Part shown: piece by piece, positions 1 through 7,942 of the stretch
How the letters are laid out: each line of letters begins with the position of its first letter
How positions within the stretch are numbered: position 1 is the first letter of the stretch
Assembly: GCF_002310835.1 (NCBI RefSeq)
Contig: NZ_CP011041.1
Coordinates: forward strand, 1,590,001-1,622,000
Length of the DNA: 32,000 nucleotides
Reading direction: 5' to 3'
Origin: Pseudoalteromonas tetraodonis
GTDB lineage: Bacteria > Pseudomonadota > Gammaproteobacteria > Enterobacterales > Alteromonadaceae
The notes under the pieces: model-generated
What the model was told of the DNA's origin: nothing
What the model saw: the letters and a program-made list of their open reading frames with translations, nothing else
Database searches by the model: none
Program-made: the position numbers and the translations under genes

Positions 1-85
1 AGCGTGAACTTATAAGATTTGCTTGAGTCTGATAATCATTAACGGATAAGCAGTTAAATAAAGGACATAAATTTAAGGGAATATT

Positions 86-427
86 ATGGAGATAGGGATT
101 TTTACCGTCACAATTACGGGTGTTTTACTCACGGCTTTATTTATAAAGTACTTAACTTTTAGGCCTGAGCGTGTTTTTTCTGATATTGGAGAAAACGTTC
201 TACTTTGCAAAAAACCTCACTGGTTCAATAATAATAAAAGTAGAATGCAGCTTATTCCTAAAGGGGCGATAATTAAAATACAGCTAGCGTCAAATACCGT
301 TACTTTATTTTGTAAAAGTGGCAATGTTATTGATATACCAGTTCCAAACTCAAAGTTTACTGCCGATGTTTTGCAAAGCGCAAAAACACACTTTCACAAA
401 GCAGAAGTAGTAATACTAGACAACTAA
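86..427 (+). CDS. hypothetical small protein with one N-terminal transmembrane helix
   Basis: 113-codon ORF. AAGGGA lies 5 nt upstream of the ATG. The N-terminus is hydrophobic (GIFTVTITGVLLTALFI). No family recognised. Confidence 0.4.
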   Translation: MEIGIFTVTITGVLLTALFIKYLTFRPERVFSDIGENVLLCKKPHWFNNNKSRMQLIPKGAIIKIQLASNTVTLFCKSGNVIDIPVPNSKFTADVLQSAKTHFHKAEVVILDN

Positions 428-576
428 CACACCACTATGAGAACTGAATATAGATTTTAAAATTTTTTAAAAGGCGCTGAAAATCGATTAGTTAAAGTGG
501 ATGTCAGTTTGTTAATGTAATAAAGCGCCAAGATTACGCAGGTTATTGCTGTATTTAATTGTTTATCTCAATGGGT

Positions 577-912
577 TTAGGCTTTTTTAACAAATTTAGC
601 CGTCACCATCATTTCACCTATGCCATCTACTTTACAGTCAAGCTCATGATCTTTTTTATCAAGTACACGTCTTACTAAGGCTTTGGTGCCAATTTTAATA
701 ACTTGTGAGCTACCTTTAATTTTTAAATCTTTAGCTACGGTTACTTTGTCGCCATCAGCAAGTAAAGTGCCGTTTGCGTCTTTCACTAAAATAGCGTCTT
801 CGTCATTAGTAACATTCGGGTTCCACTCATAGGCACATTCTGGACAAATAAGCAGCTGTTGGTCTTCGTAAACGTATTCACATTGGCATTTAGGACAAGC
901 GGGAAGAGACAT
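577..912 (-). CDS. yjdM: zinc-ribbon protein, YjdM/PhnA family
   Basis: Two CxxC pairs (CPKC...CPEC) are followed by VKDANGTLLADGDKVTVAKDLKIKGSS..IKIGTK, closely resembling E. coli YjdM (PhnA). The track ORF begins at a GTG (921). The ATG at 912 (MSLPACPKC) gives the canonical ~111 aa. Confidence 0.9.
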   Translation of the reverse strand: MSLPACPKCQCEYVYEDQQLLICPECAYEWNPNVTNDEDAILVKDANGTLLADGDKVTVAKDLKIKGSSQVIKIGTKALVRRVLDKKDHELDCKVDGIGEMMVTAKFVKKA

Positions 913-1012
913 GATGATCACTTTTAGTATTAAATTTTGGCTATTTTAAAACACAAATTAGCAATAAAAAAGTTCATCAAAAATTTTTATCTTTACGCTA
1001 AAAATATCTCGT

Positions 1013-1041
1013 TTGTGTGCATCTAAAAAAGGGCATATAAA
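1013..1041 (+). promoter_or_regulatory. putative sigma70 promoter for the ATP-grasp operon
   Basis: TTGTGT (1013-1018), 17-nt spacer, TATAAA (1036-1041). The predicted start is near 1048, just before the first leader hairpin. The context is AT-rich, so a chance match is possible. Confidence 0.3.
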
Positions 1042-1049
1042 TCACCTGT

Positions 1050-1168
1050 CGCTTAAGCAATTTAAGCGCTAACGTTTATAGTAGATATTCGTTAAAGCAC
1101 CTATCGTATTAAGTGATTTGCTAAATGCTGCACTTAGTGCGATAGGTGTTTCTATTTGCTGTTTTATT
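1050..1168 (+). promoter_or_regulatory. structured 5' leader with three consecutive hairpins, the last terminator-like
   Basis: H1: CGCTTAA (1050-1056) pairs with TTAAGCG (1062-1068). H2: TAACG/CGTTA around 1072-1096. H3: 1095-1106 pairs with 1140-1151 (12 bp including one G-U), then a 3x3 internal loop, then TAAGTG (1110-1115) pairs with CACTTA (1131-1136). H3 is followed by the T-rich tail TTTCTATTTGCTGTTTTATT. Confidence 0.35.
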
Positions 1169-1227
1169 CGCTGAGCTAACTGATTAGCAAGGCTGCTTTG
1201 TATATTTTGACTTAACTAGGAAAAGTC

Positions 1228-2622
1228 GTGTTTAAAACCTTAATTGTGGTTGATAACAATGAGCAAACGCTTGCTCTTTCATTTGAAAATGTCATTACAT
1301 TTGACACCTATTTGCGTGACTACCCAAAACGCAACGAACCAAAAACCCGCATAATAAACCTATGTGATGCTAGCCAGTATTTAAGTAAAGGCTATTACTG
1401 TTCGTTACTTGCTGAGGCGCGCAAGCATCAAGTATTACCGAGTGTAAAAACAATTAACGCGCTTCGAAGCAATCAAGCGTCATTACAAAATATTGGCCAT
1501 ATTGATGGTGCTGTTTATTTTGGTCATGCGGGAAATGATCAACAAGCTAAAGCCGCTAAATCGGTATTTAAACAATATCCGGCACCTATTTTATTTGTTG
1601 ATGAGCAAGGCCTATTACAACAAGGATCATTAGCGTCACTAAGCGAGCAGCAGTATGCTGCGTTTATTGAAAAGCTAAATGAGTTTACCCAAACGCAATG
1701 GCGTATTGGTAAAGTAGAGCGCCGTTTTCGTTGGGATATGGCGATATTGGTTGATCATAACGAAAAAGTACCGCCAAGTGATAAAGATGCAATAGCCCGT
1801 TTTATAAAAGCAGCAGCGAAACATGGTATTAACGCAAAAGCACTCAGCTTTGAGGAAATAGACAATATTGCCCAATTTGATGCGTTGTTTATTCGCCAAA
1901 CAACAGCGATTGATCACCCAACGTACCGCCTTGCAAGTAAAGCGCAAAGCCTAGGTTTAGTGGTGATTGATGATGCGGAGTCTATTTTACGATGCTGTAA
2001 TAAAGTGTACTTACATGATGCATTCAATTATCAAAAAGTACCGAGCTTAAAAACCGTGGTGGTCGCAGATCAATCAAAAGACACAATTGAGCAACTAGAA
2101 GCGTCGTTTACTTATCCGCTGGTATTAAAAATGCCAGAAGGGTCGTTTTCTAAAGGCGTGTATAAAGTTGCTAATCGTGATGAATTAGAAGCTAAGCTTA
2201 GTGAGTTATTTGCTTTAAGTGCGCTAGTTCTGGCGCAAGAGTACATGTACACAGAATACGATTGGCGTGTAGGGGTACTTAATGGCCGTGCTATTTATGC
2301 GTGTCGTTATTTAATGGCGCGTAACCATTGGCAAATATATAACCATGACGCAAAACGCTTTTTCTCGGGTGGCTTTGAAACATTGCCTACGTTTGAATTA
2401 CCTAAAGCTGTACTGGATGCTGCTTTAAAAGCATGTAAAACCGTGGGTAAGGGTTTATACGGTGTGGATGTAAAAGAGCATCAAGGCCGTGCGTATGTGT
2501 TGGAAGTAAACGATAACCCAAGTATTGATCACAAAGTAGAAGATGGTTACTTAGGTGATGAGTTATACATGATCATTATGGATGAGTTTAAACAGCGCCT
2601 TGAAGCACGAGGTCGCGGCTAA
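1228..2622 (+). CDS. RimK-like ATP-grasp amidoligase with extra N-terminal (RLAN-type) domain
   Basis: GTG start with AGGA 6 nt upstream. The first ~150 aa lie outside the ATP-grasp fold (GYYCSLLAEARKHQVLPSVKTINAL). These are followed by a RimK-type pre-ATP-grasp and ATP-grasp region (YPLVLKMPEGSFSKGVYKV, DWRVGVLNGRAIY, AYVLEVNDNPS). Confidence 0.85.
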   Translation: MFKTLIVVDNNEQTLALSFENVITFDTYLRDYPKRNEPKTRIINLCDASQYLSKGYYCSLLAEARKHQVLPSVKTINALRSNQASLQNIGHIDGAVYFGHAGNDQQAKAAKSVFKQYPAPILFVDEQGLLQQGSLASLSEQQYAAFIEKLNEFTQTQWRIGKVERRFRWDMAILVDHNEKVPPSDKDAIARFIKAAAKHGINAKALSFEEIDNIAQFDALFIRQTTAIDHPTYRLASKAQSLGLVVIDDAESILRCCNKVYLHDAFNYQKVPSLKTVVVADQSKDTIEQLEASFTYPLVLKMPEGSFSKGVYKVANRDELEAKLSELFALSALVLAQEYMYTEYDWRVGVLNGRAIYACRYLMARNHWQIYNHDAKRFFSGGFETLPTFELPKAVLDAALKACKTVGKGLYGVDVKEHQGRAYVLEVNDNPSIDHKVEDGYLGDELYMIIMDEFKQRLEARGRG

Positions 2623-3767
2623 TGCTTAACGCATTGTCTGATATGACGATTTTGGCAGGAGCGGGTATTAGTATTCGCCCTGCAAGCGCGAGTGATTTAA
2701 ACGCCTTAGTGGCGCTTGAAAATGCCTGCTTTAGTAACGATAAGCTTAGTGCGCGAAGTTTAAAGCGTTGGCTTAGTGCTAAACATGGGATTTTATTAGT
2801 CGCCGAGCATAATTCGCAATTATGTGGTTACGGTTTGGTGTGGTGCCACAAAGGCACGCGGTTAGCGCGTTTGTATTCGTTAGCCGTATTACCGACGATG
2901 CAGGGCAAAGGAATCGCTAAAACGCTGCTTAAAGCCCTTGAAAAAGCCACTAGTGAGCGTGGGCGTATTTATTTGCGTTTAGAAGTGGCAGTAAATAACG
3001 ACAGCGCCATAGGGCTTTATAAAAGTGTAGGGTATCGAGTTTTTGGTCAATACAGTGATTATTACGATGATCACAGTGATGCCTTGCGCATGCAAAAAAA
3101 CATTCGCCAAACCAGCGAGTTGCAAGTTGAGCGTTTAACGCCATGGTATCAGCAAACTACCGAGTTTACCTGTGGGCCTGCGGCATTATTAATGGCAATG
3201 GGCTCGCTTGATAACAGCACAGAGCTGAGTCAGTCACATGAATTAGCTTTATGGCGTGAAGGCACCACCATTTTTATGACCTCGGGACATGGCGGTTGTC
3301 ATCCGTTTGGATTGGCATTGGCTGCAAATAAACGGGGATTTAAAAGTGAGGTCATTGTTAATACCTCAGAGCCATTATTTTTAGATGGGGTACGCAGTGA
3401 TAATAAAAAAACGGTGCTGGCGACAGTACATCAGCAATTTGTTGAAGGCATAGCCTCGGCTAATATTCCTGTTACCTATAAAGATGTTGAACTAACTGAT
3501 ATAGAAACGTGGTTAAACCAAGGTTTTAGTGTGTTACTGTTAATAAGCACTTATCGGTTTGATGGAAAAAAATCACCGCATTGGGTATGTGTTACTCATT
3601 TAGATGCGCACTGTGTGTACGTACATGACCCGTTTTGCGAACCAGGTAACGACAATCAATTAGCGATTGACTGTCAATATGTGCCAATTGCACGCAGCGA
3701 TTTTAGTAAAATGTCGGCTTTTGGTAGTCAAAGGCTTAGAACGGCAGTTGCTATTGGTAAAAAATAA
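2622..3767 (+). CDS. GNAT N-acetyltransferase fused to a C39/papain-like cysteine peptidase domain
   Basis: The ATG overlaps the upstream stop (TAATG, 2620-2624). The N-terminal ~160 aa are RimI-like GNAT (RLYSLAVLPTMQGKGIAKTLL, LRLEVAVNNDSAIGLYKSVGY). The C-terminal ~200 aa carry Q178-x5-C184 (QTTEFTCGPAAL; Cys codon 3171-3173), H320 (SPHWVCV; 3579-3581) and D336 (VYVHDP; 3627-3629). Confidence 0.85.
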   Translation: MLNALSDMTILAGAGISIRPASASDLNALVALENACFSNDKLSARSLKRWLSAKHGILLVAEHNSQLCGYGLVWCHKGTRLARLYSLAVLPTMQGKGIAKTLLKALEKATSERGRIYLRLEVAVNNDSAIGLYKSVGYRVFGQYSDYYDDHSDALRMQKNIRQTSELQVERLTPWYQQTTEFTCGPAALLMAMGSLDNSTELSQSHELALWREGTTIFMTSGHGGCHPFGLALAANKRGFKSEVIVNTSEPLFLDGVRSDNKKTVLATVHQQFVEGIASANIPVTYKDVELTDIETWLNQGFSVLLLISTYRFDGKKSPHWVCVTHLDAHCVYVHDPFCEPGNDNQLAIDCQYVPIARSDFSKMSAFGSQRLRTAVAIGKK

Positions 3768-3783
3768 TAGATTAGGATTTTAA

Positions 3784-4296
3784 GTGACATTTTTAGATTT
3801 TATCGATGTAGCCCCATACTCGTGGGCAGCTATTGGTACGGCGGCTTTTTGTGGGGCTATTATTGGTATAGAACGGCAATTGCGTGGCAAACCTGTAGGG
3901 ATCCGTACTTCTGCACTGATCACCTTAGGTACTTACTTGTTTTTATCGACTGCGTTTAATTTACAAGGGGATGTGATTGATCATTCTCGCGTAGTCGGGC
4001 AAATAATTACCGGCATCGGCTTTTTAGGCGCAGGCGTAATGCTCGCAAAAGACGGTGCGGTAGTCGGGGTTACCTCTGCTGCCACCATTTGGGTACTGGC
4101 CTCCATTGGCGTGATGATAGCAACCGAAAACCTCGGGGCTGCTATTAAGCTCTCGGTGCTTGTGGTGGGTATTTTATACGGCGTTGACGTGCTAGAAGCT
4201 AAGTTTAAAAGCTTAAGTAAAGGCGTGCATGCTAAAGTGAAAAGTTATCATAAACGCTATTATCGAAAAGACAGTATTGATACCGAGCGCCACTAA
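3784..4296 (+). CDS. MgtC/SapB-family membrane protein (short form)
   Basis: GTG start 16 nt after the upstream stop, with an AGGA SD. Motifs RQLRGKPVGIRTSALITLG and ITGIGFLGAGVML. About 4-5 hydrophobic helices. 170 aa. Confidence 0.85.
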   Translation: MTFLDFIDVAPYSWAAIGTAAFCGAIIGIERQLRGKPVGIRTSALITLGTYLFLSTAFNLQGDVIDHSRVVGQIITGIGFLGAGVMLAKDGAVVGVTSAATIWVLASIGVMIATENLGAAIKLSVLVVGILYGVDVLEAKFKSLSKGVHAKVKSYHKRYYRKDSIDTERH

Positions 4297-4310
4297 TTAG
4301 TGGCGTTTTT
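4288..4310 (+). terminator. intrinsic terminator of the ATP-grasp/GNAT/MgtC operon
   Basis: Perfect 18-nt palindrome CGCCACTAATTAGTGGCG (4288-4305) overlapping the TAA stop, followed by T5 (4306-4310). Confidence 0.7.
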
Positions 4311-5538
4311 ATGCGGGTAGTGCTTTGTTTTGGAAGCTAAGCGCATCTTCAATTGGTGCGGGGCGGCCAATAAAATAACCTTGTACACTGTCTACATTGA
4401 GTATTCTTAACGAGTTTAGTTCTTCTGCGGTTTCGATCCCTTCGGCAACAATGGTGCAGTCGATTGCTTTTGCAAATCCACACAGTGCTTTTGCCAGTAA
4501 AAATTTACGATCGTCTGTGTTTATATTTTGAGTCAGGCTAATATCTAATTTTATAATATCGGCCTCAAGCTCTAGTATGTGCTGAAATGAGGAAAAGCCA
4601 GCGCCTACATCGTCAATGGCCAAGCGCAGACCTTTGTTTCTGAGAGGCCTAAGTGCAGCTCGCATTTTTTCGTAATTAGAAATTGGCGAATGTTCAGTAA
4701 TTTCTAATACCACCCTAGTGCAGTCAATCTGTTGTAATGTTCGTTCAAGTGCGCCGCTAAGAATGTGCGAAGGCGAGCAATTAATGGCAATGTAAGTTGT
4801 ATTATTAAACTTTGCCATATTGGCTACTGCATTTTTAATGGCCAGCATTTCTAATGATTCACTTAAACCCACCTTACTCGCTTCTTTAAACCAGATATCA
4901 GGGGTTTTATAAGGGGTGGTAAAAAAACGTGCAAGCGATTCAAAACCTACAACTTTATTATTTAGTTGACTATACATAGGCTGAAAATAGATACTAATAT
5001 CATTATCGCTAATAATTTGCTCAATAGTTGATTTTGTGTGGTTGTACGATACGCTTTTATCTAAACTCTTTTCAATTAATCCGGTCGCTATTTCTGAAAT
5101 AATATTTAAAAAAGATAAATCGCGCTCATTTAAGCTCTCATCATGGTGTGATTTATAACAACAAAACGTACCATATAATTTCCCGTTCGACAGGTTGATA
5201 GGTACACCTATATATGCCCCTATACCTAATTTTTTTGTAACCGGCATCGCTTTGGTTATTGGGTTTGCTTTGGTATTAGTAATAATAGGGCTAAGCTTGT
5301 TGTCGGTGATTTGTTGGCAATACGTTTCATTAATCGGATCGGCATTACCCACTTTAACAATTTGGTTTTCAGAGGGGTTATCGACCACTTTAAAAACACG
5401 CTCATCGTTAATAAATTCAGATATAAAAGCAACATCCATATCTAAATGTTTACGAACCAAAGTGAGTAAGTTAGCTAGTTTAGCCTTAATGGATGCATTG
5501 TTGTGTTGTTCGACAAGCAAATTGGTTAATTCATCCAT
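4309..5538 (-). CDS. GAF-domain / EAL-domain c-di-GMP phosphodiesterase
   Basis: EAL-domain motifs are ESLARF, LEITEH, AIDDVGAGFSS, IKLD, AEGIET and QGYFIGRP. The N-terminal ~160 aa are GAF-like. GGGAGA SD lies 6 nt upstream of the ATG at 5538. Confidence 0.85.
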   Translation of the reverse strand: MDELTNLLVEQHNNASIKAKLANLLTLVRKHLDMDVAFISEFINDERVFKVVDNPSENQIVKVGNADPINETYCQQITDNKLSPIITNTKANPITKAMPVTKKLGIGAYIGVPINLSNGKLYGTFCCYKSHHDESLNERDLSFLNIISEIATGLIEKSLDKSVSYNHTKSTIEQIISDNDISIYFQPMYSQLNNKVVGFESLARFFTTPYKTPDIWFKEASKVGLSESLEMLAIKNAVANMAKFNNTTYIAINCSPSHILSGALERTLQQIDCTRVVLEITEHSPISNYEKMRAALRPLRNKGLRLAIDDVGAGFSSFQHILELEADIIKLDISLTQNINTDDRKFLLAKALCGFAKAIDCTIVAEGIETAEELNSLRILNVDSVQGYFIGRPAPIEDALSFQNKALPA

Positions 5539-5770
5539 CGGCTATCTCCCTATGTTAATACCACTACACCTAATGAGTAATACTATAATTTATATATATA
5601 AAAAGATCTAATCAAGGCCTATCAATCTTTGTTCACGCATATTTAAATTTAGGCTAATTTTAGCTGTTATAGTAAGTAGGCTTACATATATGTTGTAGTT
5701 ATTATCTATTTTTTAATCCTAGGCTGATATGCTTGAAGTTTATGGGAGGTAATTATTTAAAGGGATATTA

Positions 5771-6816
5771 ATGCATCAGCATTCATTTGATAAAACAGAA
5801 TCAGTCAGATTAACCGTATTCAAAAATATAAGCTTAATAATTACATTAGTTGCTTTAGTTGTCACTTACGTTAATGTGTTTATGAGTAAAAATTATGTTT
5901 TGGGCTTTATTGAACTTGCATTAGCTTTTTTTTGTATTTATACGTATCACCAAACGAGAACAAATCGCTCTAAATTATGGCATCGCTATGCTGTTATTTA
6001 TACTTACTTTGCAGTTGTGTTGCTTGCTATCACCGCAATTAACTTAGAGACTGGCATATCGCATTGGGTGTGTACTCTTCCTGTATTGGTTTACTTATTG
6101 TTTGGAAAAAGCATGGCTTTATAAGCAGCTTTAGCTTTTTGATTACGTTGTTACTGCTGTTTTATGTGATCGACAAACGGTTAGTTGAAATAAATTTTAA
6201 GCTCATCATTAATCTTTCTCTGACGTATATTATCGTGTGGGGTGTTTCACATGTTTTTGAATCGATGAGAGCCTCTAATCAAGAGGAAATTATTAATTTA
6301 GCATTACGCGACAGCTTAACGCAGGCTTATAACCGGCGTGCTTTTAAAAGCCATTTTCATAACCATATCGACTTTTCTAACCCCTATTGTTTTGCCTTAG
6401 CTGATCTGGATTTTTTTAAAAAAGTAAACGATAAATATGGGCACGATGCCGGTGATGCAGTGCTGGTACAATTAACACAGTTATTTAAAAAACATTTAGG
6501 CGATGAACATGTTTATCGTTTTGGCGGTGAAGAATTTACATTGGTGGTAAATGACGACATAGAGGTCGCTATAATCACAATGGATAAGCTAAGAACTGAC
6601 ATACAAAATCATCAATTTACTTATATGCAGAGCACGTTAAACATCACTATTAGTATTGGCTTGGTCGGTATTGATGCACATGAGCATACTCACCTGAGTG
6701 AAATTTTAAGATTAGCCGATAATTATTTATATTTAGCTAAAAACAACGGTCGAAACTGCGTTGTCAACGGCCTGACTAAAATATCAAACAAGGGCAAAGA
6801 AACATTAACCAAATAA
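5771..6816 (+). pseudogene. membrane-anchored GGDEF diguanylate cyclase interrupted by a 1-nt frame change
   Basis: The 5771-6124 ORF contains only TM helices. The 6064-6816 ORF continues with TM helices plus a GGDEF domain (DLDFFKKVNDKYGHDAGD, RFGGEEF, LYLAKNNGRN), but its only start is a TTG. The two frames join cleanly if the A5 run at 6106-6110 is read as A6 (..LLFGKKHGFISSF..). Confidence 0.6.
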
Positions 6817-7815
6817 CTTTCGTCTGACTACTTTTCTGTATTCGCTCGGGGTTTGGCTCAATACCTTTTTAAACACACGGGTTAAATGGCCTTGATCGTT
6901 ATAACCAACTTCTAACGCGACTTCCTGAATTGATAAGTTCGATGAGGCCAGTAATTCTTTTGCACCTTCAACACGTAGCTGCTGCCAGTACTCTATAGGG
7001 CTTTGATTTGTAGCAAGTCGAAACCTGCGTGTAAACGTGCGGTAGCTTAAGCTAAATTGTGCCGCGACTTCTTGTAAATCTAACTCACTAGATAAATTAG
7101 TTTTTAACCAAAATTGTATTTGTGCAATAAGTTCATCAGCATGTCGGTTAACGGCGCCTTCTAAATAGCGTTGATCTTCGTAGGGTTTACGTATTTCATG
7201 TGAAAAGTTCCGCTCAACATGCTGCGCCGCTTCTTTGCCATAGTATTGGCTAATAATATGAACAATAACGTCAGCTAAGGCATTTAAACTGGCTACCGTA
7301 TACATGCGCTCTGATTGGGTAATAAAAAAATCAGGTTTTAAGCTAACGTTTGGATAATCTTGAGAAAATTGCTTGGCATAATGCCAGTGAGTGGTTGCAG
7401 GGTGACCATCAAGTAAACCGGCTTCTGCGAGCAAACAATTGCCGGTACCAACACCAATAATATGGCTTCCCATGGTAAAACTCTCATTGAGCCAATTAAC
7501 TATTGGTTGATTCGTTTTAACAACAGGGCGTGGATTACGCCAAATACCCGGAACAATGATTAAATCGCAATAGGGGGCGTTATCACTGCTGCAATCAGGC
7601 ACGATGGCTAAACCTGTTCTGGTTGCAATAGGAGCCATATTTTTTGCAATTAAATGAATATTCAGTGCTCTGAAGTTTTTTTTACTAGTGTGTCCCTTGG
7701 CAAACGCTTCACCTGCTCTGAGCATTTCAATTGGCAAGGTTAAACTAGTTACCAGTAGGTGCGAGTAAACAGCAATGGCTATATTTAATGGTGGATTTGT
7801 TGGATTATTGCTCAT
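6805..7815 (-). CDS. GlxA-type transcriptional regulator (DJ-1/PfpI-like N-domain + AraC HTH)
   Basis: N-terminal motifs CDLIIVPGIW and GVGTGNCLLAEAGLLDGHPATTHW. C-terminal AraC HTH (SYRTFTRRFRLATNQSPIEYWQQLRVE, IQEVALEVGYNDQGHLTRVFKK). Its 3' end overlaps the convergent GGDEF ORF by 12 nt. Confidence 0.85.
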   Translation of the reverse strand: MSNNPTNPPLNIAIAVYSHLLVTSLTLPIEMLRAGEAFAKGHTSKKNFRALNIHLIAKNMAPIATRTGLAIVPDCSSDNAPYCDLIIVPGIWRNPRPVVKTNQPIVNWLNESFTMGSHIIGVGTGNCLLAEAGLLDGHPATTHWHYAKQFSQDYPNVSLKPDFFITQSERMYTVASLNALADVIVHIISQYYGKEAAQHVERNFSHEIRKPYEDQRYLEGAVNRHADELIAQIQFWLKTNLSSELDLQEVAAQFSLSYRTFTRRFRLATNQSPIEYWQQLRVEGAKELLASSNLSIQEVALEVGYNDQGHLTRVFKKVLSQTPSEYRKVVRRKLFG

Positions 7816-7847
7816 TTAAATGCTCCGACCAGTTGTTTTTGGCCTTT

Positions 7848-7876
7848 TGTGCTTAATATTTGGCTATTAAAGCACA
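7848..7876. promoter_or_regulatory. imperfect inverted repeat in the divergent regulator/KAS intergenic (candidate operator)
   Basis: TGTGCTTAAT (7848-7857) and ATTAAAGCACA (7866-7876) are reverse complements apart from one extra A. Confidence 0.25.
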
Positions 7877-7942
7877 AAGATGTGTGCGTAATCCATTTAA
7901 ACTAACTTCATATTCTTATAACACGTTTTTTAAAGGTAAATT

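Noticed and set aside
1675-3144. Track ORFs 1675-1947(-) and 2950-3144(-), antisense inside the ATP-grasp and GNAT genes
   Set aside because: They are fully embedded antisense to ORFs with clear family motifs, have Cys/Arg-rich low-complexity translations and no SD. They are typical shadow ORFs.
5195-5611. 138-aa plus-strand ORF overlapping the 5' half of the GAF-EAL gene
   Set aside because: It is antisense to a gene with unambiguous EAL motifs. Its hydrophobic translation is the usual artefact of reading an AT-rich gene backwards.
5640-5730. Three copies of TAGGCT in the EAL/GGDEF divergent intergenic region
   Set aside because: This is only a 6-mer with irregular spacing in a 232-bp spacer, which is compatible with chance.
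6104-6112. Programmed -1 ribosomal frameshift at GGA-AAA-AGC as the explanation for the split GGDEF gene
   Set aside because: The site is not a canonical X-XXY-YYZ heptamer (A-AAA-AGC). I saw no downstream stimulatory hairpin or upstream SD-like element, and an A5 run is too short for efficient transcriptional slippage. A mutation or homopolymer sequencing error is the simpler explanation. It is kept only as a minor alternative in the finding.
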